A stretch of 51,956 nucleotides of DNA from Candidatus Omnitrophota bacterium (GTDB lineage Bacteria; Omnitrophota; Gorgyraeia; Tantalellales; Tantalellaceae), in contig JBDRBY010000055.1 of NCBI GenBank assembly GCA_043822245.1, forward strand, positions 1-51,956. Direction: 5' to 3'. Below the pieces are notes generated by a model that was not told where the DNA came from, made no database searches, and saw only the letters and a program-made list of their open reading frames with translations. Position 1 is the stretch's first letter. Every line of letters begins with the position of its first letter. Positions 1 through 11,200 of this stretch are shown here, in pieces. The position numbers and the translations under genes are program-made.

Positions 1-272
1 CATTTTCAAAGGGGGGAAAGTTCGGACGCATTTTCAAAGGGGGGAAAGTTCGGACGCATTTTCAAAGGGGGGAAAGTTCGGACGCATTTTCAAAGGGGGG
101 AAAGTTCGGACGCATTTTCAAAGGAGGGAAAGTTCGGACGCATTTTCAAAGGAGGGAAAGTTCGGACGCATTTTCAAAGGAGGGAAAGTTCGGACGCATT
201 TTCAAAGGGGGGAAAGTTCGGACGCATTTTCAAAGGGGGGAAAGTTCGGACGCATTTTCAAAGGGGGGAAAG
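1..272. repeat. 28-bp tandem array (9 full copies + 20-bp partial; probably continues left of the window)
   Basis: Unit CATTTTCAAAGGGGGGAAAGTTCGGACG starts at 1, 29, 57, 85, 113, 141, 169, 197, 225 and 253. Copies 5-7 carry GGAGGG instead of GGGGGG. There are no spacers. Confidence 0.97.
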
Positions 273-281
273 GACTGCTGG

Positions 282-2207
282 TCAGATTTCGCGCAATTGT
301 TTTTCGGCGTCGACTATGTCGCGGTTGATCAGGTAAACGGCTTTTTTGACTTTATCTTTGAAAGAGGGCGGGGCGGGGGAGTCGAGAATTTCGCGCAATA
401 TTTGTAGGCACATTCTAAAGTTTCGTATCACTTCTCCCTCATCTGCATCCGTAAATTTTAATATTTTTTCAAACGGTTCTTGTCGCATCCAGGCTTCAAC
501 GCATGGAGAAAGATGATAGTAGTAATCTTTGCTTAAATCCTGTATCCCGTGTTTCTTTTCTCTTTTATGTATGCCGTAAATTACAGAATCCGTCATTTGC
601 CTTAAATACTTAATGTGCTTATTAACCTTGGGCCTCTCGGCGCCTTTGCGGGGGTCAAATACAAGCGCGGTTATCAGAACACCTAAATCTATTTCAGATA
701 AATGTTCAAGTGTTCCCTGCTCATAAAGTTCAGATAAAGAAAGTTCATATCCATAAACATTACCCGCGAAATATCCTTTTTCTGTGAGGCGGCTGTCTTT
801 AATATATTCCAATTCCTTCAGCAACCGTACCTTGGTACGCATGATCTCAACAGCTCCTTGTTTGTTTTTCTTGTCTTGAAAAAAATGAAACGAACGGGGA
901 TATATGTCATACAAAGAGTCCTGGTATTTATCGTAAAGGTTTAATATCGTGGCATATGAGAGATTAAAACGTGAACGTACTTTTTCCGGCGGGCTGAATA
1001 TAACCCTCTGTAATTCCGACGATGAGATCTGATTGGCATTCACGCGGCTATAAACAAACCCTTCGGAATCTATTCCGCGCCTGCCGGCCCTGCCGGCCAT
1101 TTGGTAAAAATCACGTGTTTTAAGTGTGGCAAAGCCTCTGCCGTAGTATTTTCGCAGTTCATCGAAGATAACGGTGCGTGAGGGCATGTTTATGCCTAAC
1201 GCGAAGGTTTCGGTTGTAAAAATAATTTTTATAAGCCTTGAGGTAAAAAGACGCTCGACTACTTCTTTCAAAGTCGGCAGCATACCCGCGTGATGATAGG
1301 CGATACCTCTTTCAATAAGCGGCCGCATAATAGCCGTGCTTTTTTCGCCTTCTAGATCAAACCGGTTGCATAAGTCGGAATATAACCCGCGAATCTTTTG
1401 TTTTTCTTCAAAAGAAAGAAAATCAAAACCGCGCATTTCTTCGGCCAGAGTTTCACAGCGCCGCCGGCCGAACGCGAAATAAAGACACGGCAGGCGGTCG
1501 TGTTCGGACAAATGCCTTATCAAGGAGCCTAACCTGTTTGGTTTTGTGTTTTTTGATTCATAAAATTTCCTTGCTCGCGGATGCCGCCCTTGCGGTTTAT
1601 CAGTTCTTAAATTATGTATTTTATGGATGTTATCGAAGATTTCTCCCTGATACTGGTAAAAGAAGTGAAGTGGAACAGGCCGTTTTTCTTCTTTAACAAT
1701 TTTGAGTGGGCAATTGTGTATAGAATGTATCCACTCGGCAAACTCGTTAATATTGGGGATAGTCGCGGATAAAGCGAGCATCTTCATGTGAGAAGGAAGA
1801 AAGATTAACGATTCTTCCCAGACAGTGCCGCGTTCGTAGTTATCTAAATAATGTATCTCATCGAATATTATCCACGAGTATTCATCCAGGCTGGAAATTT
1901 CGCTGATGATCTTATTCCTGAATATTTCAGTAGTCATTATGAGTATCGACGCGGTAGCGTTAATGCTGACATCTCCGGTAAGTATCCCAATTTTATCATG
2001 AAATATTCCCTGAAAATCACGGAATTTTTGATTTGACAACGCTTTGATAGGCGCGGTATAAACCGCCTTTTTCGATTTTTCCAGGCAGTCGTTTATAACA
2101 TGTTCCGCGATGGCGGTTTTTCCCGCGCCGGTCGGAGCGGAAACAATCACAGAAAAGTTCTGGTTAATGTAATCGATGGCTTTTTGTTGAAAAGGGTCAT
2201 ATTTCAT
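282..2207 (-). CDS. Ski2/HelY-like DEAD/DEAH-box RNA helicase with DSHCT-like C-terminus
   Basis: SF2 motifs APTGAGKT, PIKALSNQK, TGD, TTE, DEIH, LSAT, HHAG, TETFALGINMP and QMAGRAGRRG; C-terminal DEGEVIR segment typical of the Ski2/Mtr4/HelY family. Confidence 0.93.
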   Translation of the reverse strand: MKYDPFQQKAIDYINQNFSVIVSAPTGAGKTAIAEHVINDCLEKSKKAVYTAPIKALSNQKFRDFQGIFHDKIGILTGDVSINATASILIMTTEIFRNKIISEISSLDEYSWIIFDEIHYLDNYERGTVWEESLIFLPSHMKMLALSATIPNINEFAEWIHSIHNCPLKIVKEEKRPVPLHFFYQYQGEIFDNIHKIHNLRTDKPQGRHPRARKFYESKNTKPNRLGSLIRHLSEHDRLPCLYFAFGRRRCETLAEEMRGFDFLSFEEKQKIRGLYSDLCNRFDLEGEKSTAIMRPLIERGIAYHHAGMLPTLKEVVERLFTSRLIKIIFTTETFALGINMPSRTVIFDELRKYYGRGFATLKTRDFYQMAGRAGRRGIDSEGFVYSRVNANQISSSELQRVIFSPPEKVRSRFNLSYATILNLYDKYQDSLYDIYPRSFHFFQDKKNKQGAVEIMRTKVRLLKELEYIKDSRLTEKGYFAGNVYGYELSLSELYEQGTLEHLSEIDLGVLITALVFDPRKGAERPKVNKHIKYLRQMTDSVIYGIHKREKKHGIQDLSKDYYYHLSPCVEAWMRQEPFEKILKFTDADEGEVIRNFRMCLQILREILDSPAPPSFKDKVKKAVYLINRDIVDAEKQLREI

Positions 2208-2253
2208 GTTAATGATTATACCACATTTGAGGAAATATGATATACTACGTTTT
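2208..2253. promoter_or_regulatory. Back-to-back extended -10 promoters, both probably driving leaderless mRNAs
   Basis: Minus strand: TGgTATAAT (-10 at 2215-2220), 7 nt, then ATG at 2207. Plus strand: TGaTATACT (-10 at 2241-2246), 7 nt, then ATG at 2254. No Shine-Dalgarno fits on either side. Confidence 0.7.
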
Positions 2254-3318
2254 ATGAATAATACGGAACTAATTGATCTAGATAAACTAGCCGATGAGGA
2301 GCTTTTGGCTTTGAGGTTCTGTGACCTGGGGCTTAAAATCCATGGGACACCAATAGAAGAGGGGATTCATCAGCTGTATGACGAATTAGAAGGAAAAGGC
2401 ATTAAGTTCCGGCCGGAAAGTTATTTGGCCGACGAATGGCTGTGTCCTGACGGCGAACCTATTATCGGAATCGCCTTTTTTTTGGCGCATCCCAGATTAA
2501 GAAAACTAGAACAAAAAATGATGCTGGAAGTGGAAGGCGGGGACAAAAACTCGCTGATGAAGCTCCTGCGGCATGAGGCAGGGCATACGATTAATTACGC
2601 TTATTTTCTTTACAAAAGGAAAAAATGGAAAAAACTTTTTGGATCATTTTATAAAGAGTATCCGGAAAAATACAAATACCGTCCTTACAGCAAAAATTTT
2701 GTCCGCCATTTGGAAGAGTGGTACGCTCAATATCATCCCGATGAAGATTTTGCCGAAACTTTCGCGGTTTGGCTCAATCCTGAATCGGATTGGAGGGAAA
2801 AATATAAAGGATGGAAGGCTTTGGGGAAACTCAAATATATTGACGAATTGATGCTGGAAATTTCAGAAAAACCTCCCCAGAAGCCAAATGGCGGTAAATA
2901 CTGGGTTGCCTCAAGGATGAAAACAACTCTAAAAAGGCATTACGAGTTGAGAAGAAAATTATATGCTGAAGATTATTGTGATTTTCATGATTTTTTTCTT
3001 AATACGGTTTTCGCGAAAAGCGGTGAAGTTCCCGGCGCGGAGTCCGGCACAGACGCTTATAAATTGATCGCGCGGCACAACAACGAACTTTTGAGCAATG
3101 TGTCTTTATCCACGGGTGAGAAAAAATTTAGAATTAATCGTCTTTTAAAGAATCTAACCAAGCGGTGTAAAGACTTAAAATTAAAATATCAAATCGACGA
3201 AAACAAAATTATGCTTCAAATATCCGTGTACGTCACCGCTCAGATCATGAATTATCTTTATACAGGCAGATACAAAAAGGAAAAAGATGAAAAATCTAAA
3301 AATACTTGTTCTGTTTGA
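2254..3318 (+). CDS. Putative zinc-binding metallopeptidase (zincin; Peptidase_Mx-like)
   Basis: HEAGH (HExxH) plus a downstream HPDEDFAETFA motif. Start moved from 2206, which overlaps the helicase ATG, to the in-frame ATG at 2254. Confidence 0.8.
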   Translation: MNNTELIDLDKLADEELLALRFCDLGLKIHGTPIEEGIHQLYDELEGKGIKFRPESYLADEWLCPDGEPIIGIAFFLAHPRLRKLEQKMMLEVEGGDKNSLMKLLRHEAGHTINYAYFLYKRKKWKKLFGSFYKEYPEKYKYRPYSKNFVRHLEEWYAQYHPDEDFAETFAVWLNPESDWREKYKGWKALGKLKYIDELMLEISEKPPQKPNGGKYWVASRMKTTLKRHYELRRKLYAEDYCDFHDFFLNTVFAKSGEVPGAESGTDAYKLIARHNNELLSNVSLSTGEKKFRINRLLKNLTKRCKDLKLKYQIDENKIMLQISVYVTAQIMNYLYTGRYKKEKDEKSKNTCSV

Positions 3319-4297
3319 CAGCGCGGGAACCCCGCCCGATGACCAGAATTTCGAGGAAGAGTTTAAACGGGAAGAGTGGCTTACGGAAGCGTTTGTAATA
3401 GAAACGCTGAAAAAAGACGGACATGAAGTAAAGCCGCTTGGTATATATGACGACATAACCCTTTTTATAAAAGCGAAAGGCGAATTTGAGCCAGATGTGG
3501 TTTTTAATTTAACGGAAATTTTTAACGGAAAAGCCTCACAGGATAAAAATATACCGTCATTGTGTGAATTGCTTCAAGTTCCATATACTGGATGCAGTCC
3601 CGTTGGGCTTATGATATGTAATAACAAGGCCTTGACAAAAAAAATACTTACATATCACAGAATAAAGGTGCCGAAATTTCAAATTTTTAGAAAAAACCAA
3701 AAAATTTGGATGCCAAGGAGGCTTAAATTTCCTATTATTGTTAAACCTTTGCAGGAAGAAGCCTCGGTTGGCATAGCACAAGCGTCTTTTGTGGAAAATG
3801 AAAAAGATTTCGCGGAGAGAATTGAATACATCTATGACAAATTCGATATGCCGGCGCTTGCGGAAGAATATATTGAAGGGCGAGAACTATATGCCAGCGT
3901 TTTAGGCAACAAAAAGCTAGATTTTTTTCCACTCAGAGAACTACTCTTCGAGGAGGTTCCGGATGATGCGCCCAAGCTGGCAACATATAAAGCCAAATGG
4001 GACCATGAGTACAGAAAAAAGTGGGGTATTAAGAATGAATATGCTTTACGTCTGCCAAGCGATTTGCCCAAAAAAATCCAAAATATCTGCAAAATTGCCT
4101 ACAAAGCGCTTCAATTGGACGGTTACGCGAGATTTGACCTAAGAGTAACGCCTCAAAACGAGATCTACATAATTGAGGCAAATGCCAATCCAGCCTTAAC
4201 AATTAACGACGAGCTTGCCGAGTCAGCTAAAAAAACCAACGTCACTTATGACAAACTTCTTCAAAAGATTATAAATTTAGGGCTCCAGAGAGGGTAA
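3287..4297 (+). CDS. ATP-grasp ligase, D-Ala-D-Ala-ligase-like but probably not canonical Ddl
   Basis: Motifs VPYTG, NKALTK, FPIIVKP..EEASVGI, EEYIEGRE, GYARFDLR and IEANANP. Lacks the Ddl N-terminal GGxSxE. Overlaps the upstream gene by 32 bp; AAGGA SD. Confidence 0.85.
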   Translation: MKNLKILVLFDSAGTPPDDQNFEEEFKREEWLTEAFVIETLKKDGHEVKPLGIYDDITLFIKAKGEFEPDVVFNLTEIFNGKASQDKNIPSLCELLQVPYTGCSPVGLMICNNKALTKKILTYHRIKVPKFQIFRKNQKIWMPRRLKFPIIVKPLQEEASVGIAQASFVENEKDFAERIEYIYDKFDMPALAEEYIEGRELYASVLGNKKLDFFPLRELLFEEVPDDAPKLATYKAKWDHEYRKKWGIKNEYALRLPSDLPKKIQNICKIAYKALQLDGYARFDLRVTPQNEIYIIEANANPALTINDELAESAKKTNVTYDKLLQKIINLGLQRG

Positions 4298-4302
4298 GAA
4301 AC

Positions 4303-4328
4303 AGAGACGCGATAAATCGCGTCTCTAC
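4303..4328 (-). repeat. GTAG-tagged REP palindrome; possible terminator between convergent genes
   Basis: Minus strand reads GTAGAGACGCGATTTATCGCGTCTCT: perfect 11-bp arms with a GTAG tag, just downstream of the ATP-grasp stop. Confidence 0.75.
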
Positions 4329-4342
4329 TTCAAAACCATCGA

Positions 4343-4370
4343 AGTTAACATAATATATATTATCGGAAGG
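4343..4370 (-). other. dif: XerC/XerD dif recombination site
   Basis: Minus strand reads CCTTCCGATAA TATATA TTATGTTAACT. It has the 11-6-11 layout, and the XerD arm differs by one base from E. coli TTATGTTAAAT. It is intergenic between convergent genes. Confidence 0.85.
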
Positions 4371-4414
4371 CAAAAGGGAGCTAACTAAAGAACGGTAGAG
4401 TAAAACGGTTATTC

Positions 4415-5038
4415 TTAGTATCTTTTTTGCGCCCTATAAGTTTTCGGCGGTGTATATGTTTTGGGAGGATTTACGGACCGGGCTGTCTGCCGAAGGGCTC
4501 TCTGTGTTCTGTTAAGATTGTCAATTTGCCTGAGATTTTTAAGACTTCGCTCAGTTTGCCGCATTTTATTGAAAGACTGAAGCTGTTTTAACTCGCGAAG
4601 CTGTTTTTGTGTTCTGTCAAAATTTTCCAAAGAAAGCTGTTGATTCGCATTTTGAAAAAGCGATGATAACACCGAGTTATCCAAATCTTCCAGTTTTTGT
4701 CCGTTAAACTCATAACTGGTCCCGCCCTGTCCATCCTCAACTTTGTTTAACCCGTTAATTCCGGCAGTGATATTTTGGTGGTACTGAAAAACTTCTTTTA
4801 GGTTCGCAATTATTTCTTCACGGGTTAATTCACCGATCTCAGGCGATTTCTGGGGCACGGCAACGGATTGTTCGGATTTTTCAAGTGGTACATCTTTTTT
4901 TTCTGCTGTTACAGTTACAGTTTCAGTTTCAGTTTTTGTTCTGTCCCAAAATGCTCCATACGCGGAATCAGCGAAAGGAAACGCGAAACAAAAACTTAAT
5001 ATCACAATTGCCAACAAACTAAAAAATTTTCTCATCAT
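4415..5038 (-). CDS. Hypothetical exported protein
   Basis: N-terminal signal peptide (MMRKFFSLLAIVILSFCFAFPFADSAYG), AGGAGA SD, Gln/Arg-rich helical C-terminus ending PPKTYTPPKTY. Confidence 0.8.
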   Translation of the reverse strand: MMRKFFSLLAIVILSFCFAFPFADSAYGAFWDRTKTETETVTVTAEKKDVPLEKSEQSVAVPQKSPEIGELTREEIIANLKEVFQYHQNITAGINGLNKVEDGQGGTSYEFNGQKLEDLDNSVLSSLFQNANQQLSLENFDRTQKQLRELKQLQSFNKMRQTERSLKNLRQIDNLNRTQRALRQTARSVNPPKTYTPPKTYRAQKRY

Positions 5039-5086
5039 TTGTTCTCCTTTTTCGATTTAAAAACTTTGAGCTTTACCGACTTTTTT

Positions 5087-5120
5087 AAATCCCCCCCTGC
5101 CCCCCTTTTTCAAAGGTGGG
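5087..5120 (+). repeat. C-rich/G-rich REP-like hairpin
   Basis: AAATCCCCCCCTGCCCCCCTTTTTCAAAGGTGGG. Its right arm (TTTTCAAAGGxGGG) matches the core of the 28-bp array at 1-272. Confidence 0.55.
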
Positions 5121-5245
5121 TAAGAAACTTTTATCCTTTTTCCCTCTCCCTTTTGTCAAGTATTTACTTGAGTATACTCTACCAGCTGAAATTGGCAACT
5201 AAAAAGCGTTTTATTACAAGATCCCGCGCTATCCTACCCTCTTTC

Positions 5246-8200
5246 TTATACCGACACTGCCGTTTGGATTAACGAGGCAATTTCACGGCTTATCATTTCA
5301 GAAAGATTAAAGCGCGTAATTGGCATTAGGAGAATTTCGGCAAGCGCTCCTATTGTTCTTAAAATTTCATCAGAACATTCAACCGCTACCACATTTGCCT
5401 GTTCAGGGCCAGACTCGTAACGTTTGAGTATGCCCATAAGCGCGATTGCCGGAATCATATTTAAAAGTTCCTTTGATTCCTGTGACTTTTGCCCTACTAT
5501 TACAAAATTAGCGCGTTCTTTTCCGTCGGTCCGCAAATGCGGGATAAACTCTTCCGTCTTACTTTCAGCGGTGACAATCGATATAGCTGACAATGGGAAC
5601 TCATCGGAACGGAGCCTAGATTTCTCCAATAAAAGTTCTCTTGCTATGGCAATAACATCCACCTCCTGCCCTTCAGGGATCGAGACATTTAAGATATTGT
5701 CAGCATCCAAAGCTTCCTGTAAGCGGCCTTGTGGGTCAACCAGGCACATGTACAAATTGGGGTCCTTAGTCGCAAGCCGCTTAACAGCAGGAAGCATGGA
5801 TGAAAAAACACTTTCAGGCATATCACGCAAATCATATATAACCGCTTGGCGCGCGGGGATAAGGTTATTTGCCTGTAATTCGGTTATCTTTTCCACAGCC
5901 TCGTCTTCTACTTTTTGAGCCATGGCCATATTCTCAGCCTCACTCAGTAAATCAGAGGCATAATTACCGGCAAAGGCCGCTTCTATCCTCGCGTCTATCG
6001 TGTTATTTATAAAAGTCTCTTGCTCAAACTCTTTGGTTATCGTAATAATCGCGTTTTTAAGCCGTTCATCCCTCAATTTAGCCACCGAACCCGAGTCTAA
6101 CCCCGCGTAATACGGATATTTTTCAACAAACGCCGCTTTGCGCACGTATTTTACCATGCCATTGATATTGTCTCTCACGTCCTCAGGAGACATGTCGATT
6201 AGGAAGCGTTGGGGTAAGATTTCTCGACTCGGACCAAAGTCCTCGCTCGAAATGACAGAGGGAGCAAACCTTATATCTGGATATGCTTCAGATAGTTTCT
6301 GAAGCATAGTCTCATCAGCACCTTCAATTTGAACCACGGCAATCGGTTCGGCGGGTTTCGCGGGCACTTTTTCAATTGTACCGTAGGGCATGAATTTTTT
6401 CGTAACTTTTATGTTTCTCGTAAACGCGTATAAGTTAACAGCCATATGGATTATGACAGACATAACAAAAAGCCATTGCGGGCTTGTTTTCATTAGGAAA
6501 AGGGAATATGGCAGGAGCAGGTTAAGCCCGGTAATGATTGACGCGGTAAAACGGCTTCCATTATGGCGTTTTATAAAAATACTGCCGGATATAATTTGAC
6601 CAATGGTTATCGTGACTAAAAACGTAACAAGGGAAAGTTCACGGGGTACAAACACAATCATGCCAAGTGATAAAAAGAGCGGCAAGCCGAAATAAATTCC
6701 ACGTTCAACGAATGGAGCCCCCACTAAATGTTTTAAACCATACAATAGCTGTTTGTCTCTAATATCTTTATCGTATTTAATACCAGAAAATTCTTTTTCC
6801 GCGTCTTGGGTCAACTCGTCATAAGGCGCTTCGCGATGCATCGCGTAAAAAGTATGCCACGCGAAAACTTCTTCGTTTTCAGACTTATATAAATAAACTA
6901 GCAGCCTCTGCGCTTTGAGCCGGTAATCCCCTTCAAGACATTTGGTTGAGGATAAAATCGCGGTTTTAAAATCTTTTTTCATACAACCAAGCATGGCTTG
7001 GCAGAAATGTATCGCATCTCGATATCCTTTGTCTATAAAATCGAAATTCCTATTGCGCATCAAAATGATAGAATCTCGAATAGTTTTTAAAAGTTTGCTA
7101 TTTTTTGAGTTAAATTGTATGAAAAATTGTTGTGCGTGCGGCTCGCCATTAAGATATTGATCGAGTTTTTTAAAAAATTGTTCATTGAAAGAAGGAAGAA
7201 TACCGCGAATAAAAATAAGGTCTTTGCCATATTTCGTGCGCGACAGAAGCGCGGAAAGCATAGCGTGTAACGCCCCATCTGACAAAAAGAAAAGGTTTAT
7301 GAGCTCTTTCGCGAGCGCGGTGTCATACGTTTTTTTGGCTATGGGTTTCAGATTCTCTTTTATATTTAACGTTTTATCAAGTAGCTTTTCTTTAAATTTT
7401 TCCTTATTTCTCTGCCAATAGCCAAATAAATCCTTTAGTTCATCGGGGGTTGCTCCTGAGATATTGTTTTCTATTGCCTCGTATTTTTCTTTTTCTTTTG
7501 TCTCTCGAAAATCCTTAATACGTTTTTCTCGAGCTTCTTTCGTTTCTCCTTCCGTTTTCTTTTCTAATTCGGCGATTTCGTCTTTTTTCTCTTGAAGCGT
7601 TTTATTTAACTTTTGGGCTCTGGCGTTTTTATCGTCAAACTCTAAGGCTTTAGTTATCAAAATATCAGCTTTTAAAAATTCGCTTTTCTGCAAAGCATTT
7701 TCAGCTAAGTTTAGGATGAAATTTATTATAGGATTAGATTGTCCGGTCAAGCCGGACAATGACAGAAGTTTGTTTTTTTCTTTCGCACGAGTGACCGCAC
7801 TATTAAGATCATATTCTCGTGTTTTAAGTAATTCCTGTACTTGTTCATTTCTTTTATCGCGTTCTTTTTCTCTTTTTCGTACCGGATCTTTCTCCCACTT
7901 TGCGTGTTCTTCTCTTTCCTTTTGCATATATTCGCGCGCTAAAATATGTTTTTCTTTTGGGCCTAAGAGATTTTCAAAGCTGTCTTCTAAGTTTCTTATT
8001 CGCGCTTCGATCTGCCGCTTTTTACCTTCTCTTAATTCACCCGCATGATCGCTTTTGTAATTTCTCAAATCTTTTAATTGTTTGTCAATTACCGTTTTTT
8101 CTTCCTTAAACTGATCCTGTCTTTCCGTTGCATTAGCATATCGCAGAATCGTGTTATTTACCTTTTTTTCAATCTCGGTAATTTCGGACAGCAGGCGGTC

Positions 8201-11200
8201 AGATTCAGGTCCCTCAACTTGTTTTAGTATAGCCTTTGCATCCGAAAATTGGCCACGTTCGATATATTCTTTAGCGATATCTATTTTATCGGTCTTTTGG
8301 GCAAAATTCGGTTCAACTTTAACAGCATTTTCATAATACTGATCGGCCTCCTTTTTGTTCCCGGACTTTAGCGCCAAGTCTCTTAAGCCCAGCCACGCGA
8401 TCGCGCAGTTTTCGTCAATCAATAGCGCGCGGTATAATTCTTCGCGTGTATTTTCCTCTGTCTCGGTTTCCACGTTATTGATAGCCTGAAACGCTATAAG
8501 TCGGGCTAATATCCACTTGTTCGCATTTTGTCTTCTCTGTTTCATGCCGAAAAATAGTAAGTTTAAATACTCAAGACATATATGCACTGCTTCCCGGTTT
8601 TTCGCGTTTGAAGTAAAACTCGTTGGGCTGAGCTTATATAATTCTTCAAGATAACTGATTCTCCGTTTTAAAAACGTTAAATATTTCTCCTTAGTCTCCG
8701 CGAAAGAACCTGTGTTTCGCGAAATACTCACATAAAGACTTATAAGCTCCTTAATAAAGTCTTCGTCTTTTTCCAGGTCTGGGTTAAGCTCTTTTGCTTT
8801 TTTCATGTAATTTAAGGCATCTAAAAAAAGTTTTTCCACGTTTTCCAGCATATTCCATTTGGACTTTTGTTCAGCAAGTTTTTTGGTAACTATGCCGAAT
8901 TTTTTATAAAAATCAGCGGTTTTATATCCATTTTTTTCCGCTTTTTTAAAGCTGTCATACGCGGACGCGAGTTTTTGGTCTTTTTGATATTCTTTCCCCT
9001 GCTGAAAAAACATTACCCCTTTAGTTTGTTTACTAAGCATCCACCATGCTCTTATTCGTTTCTTTTGAACGCGGTAAATACGATTTAAAAGCGCCATAGC
9101 ATAAACCGTAAAGACTTTTTGTTTACACATTTTTTTTAGTGTCATTACTAAATCATCCACATTCCCCAAATTTGTATCTGAGAGAGTTGTTTCGCGAATC
9201 TGCGCGTACAAAAGTTGTAAGATATGCGCCTTTATATCATCGAAAAGCTTCGGGCTTTTTAATAACGCGTTTAGAAGAGGAACCATACTCTCATCAAAAA
9301 GGAACTTCGCGTCTAAAATAATTGTTAGTAGTTCTTTTGCTTTCGCAGGATTGTTTTCTAAAAGTGGTCGTAGGTTCTCATGCGATAAAAAGTTCAATAT
9401 TTCAGAGGGCCAAGTATTTTTCGCTTTAGTTTGTTCTTTCCATTTTGTAATTGCCTGGATAAAAAGAGAAATTATGTCATTGTCGTATTTGGTATCGTAG
9501 CGTGAATCCATTGTCTGGTAAAGTGTTTGAATGCAGGTTATTAGTAAACCGGTTTCTACCTTGACTTTGTCAAGGGTTGAAACAGGTTCAAGCGTGTTTT
9601 TAACATCTAACAAATAAAAACGCATTTTTTCAGAAACTGTCAGACGATTGAGCACTGGACGGATATCGTTAATAAGGCGCGCAAATTCTTCTTCCGGGCC
9701 TAATAATTCCGCTAACATCAGTTTTACCAGCGCGCTATCATTCGCATTCGTAATTTTTTTGTTTTCAATTACCCAACGCAAAAAACAAATTAAACCGTCT
9801 TTTTCGCCAGGATTATTTTTTACTTGTTCTCGAAGAATGTGGATTGATCTTATGTTGTTAAGGGGTATTCTATCTGTAACTTCTCCTATCTGTATTTGCG
9901 CAAGTTCCGCCTCTATAGTGGCTATCCGTGCCTCAAGTGCTGTTTTCATACCCTTACTTTTTGGTGTTTTGATTTTTTGTTCTTTTTTCTTTTTTTCAGA
10001 CGTTAGTTTGTCTATTTTGCGGGAGAGCATAAATATTTCTTTACAGTTTTTCTGCCTAGCCTGTTCCTGTTTTTTGATATCACTCGATAAATAATACTCC
10101 TCTATAACCGAATCTTTTTTACGCAATAATATGTTTTGTTGTCTTTTGTGGTGTTCGGTTTTAACAGGGTCACGCAGTTCATAATATAAAATCAAATATA
10201 AAATCAAAAGGCCGTGGATTTCGAGTTTTTCATCATCTGAAAGGATGTTTTCTGAAAGCGCTTTTTCCAAATCTTCGATGATTTCCTGTTTGCTTTCCGG
10301 AACCGTTTCGGTGTAATGTTGGAAATCTGACACCTTCTTTTTAATTTGAATTTTGCGATTGTTTGGTTCTATTTCTAGCGCTTTGTCATATGCTTTTTGT
10401 GCTACATATGCTTCGAATAAATCTTTTTCAACAGAAGGCGCGGCTGATTTACCTCTTAAATCCTTCAAAATACGAATAGCCAGATCGATTTTTGTGCCTT
10501 GAGCTATCAAAACTCGAGCATGGCTTAATCTTGCATTGTAGCGATGTTTTTTACGCAAGAATGATGAAATGTTCCACCAGAACCAGGTATGTAATTTCAC
10601 TATTCTTTTATGCGCTTTTTTCTTAAATGATTTTAGAGCTGACTGTTCCCGAATTTTCTCAGTTGAATCAAACATCTTTTCCGCGACCTTTTCCGCGGAA
10701 TCGATTTTTGTAAGCGCGCCTCGCAGACGCTGAATATATTTTGAAGGCGACAATATGAAATCTCTTACTCTCCATTTTAAATCTTTTTGTATGCCCTCTT
10801 TTAGCCCATTTAACGCGGCCATGCTCATTTCATTTAAAAAGCGTTTTGTACGCGCCTCGTCAGTTTTATTGACAATTGCCTCAACTTTTACATTGTCTAT
10901 TGCCCTTTTCGCGTAAGCGCCCGCCTTTTCTTTATCGCCTGCCTCTTTCGCGAAATTTACAGCCTTTCGATATAATTCAATATCTGTCTTATCCTTTTCA
11001 ATTGTTTTGTTGTAATAGGTATAGGCCCGGGTTTTGTAGGTCTTAGGCAGTACAAATATATATTTGTACAAATAATGGCCTATTAAAACCCCGGGAACTA
11101 CTATTATGAGAGTTAGCACAACGTAAGGAAGCGTCGCGAAAACATATCCTTTTACGATATTGAAAACTCCGCTATAAAAGGCTAATTTCGCGCCTGTACA

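Noticed and set aside
1-272. CRISPR array
   Set aside because: Repeats are head-to-tail with no unique spacers, and no cas genes are present.
2206-2253. Peptidase start at 2206
   Set aside because: Overlaps the helicase start codon and spans both -10 boxes; ATG 2254 fits better.
3287-4297. Assigning the gene symbol ddl
   Set aside because: Lacks Ddl-specific motifs and cell-wall gene context.
6832-6845. 14-bp palindrome CGCGATGCATCGCG
   Set aside because: Resembles a REP core but has no GTAG or GTCAT tag; may be chance.
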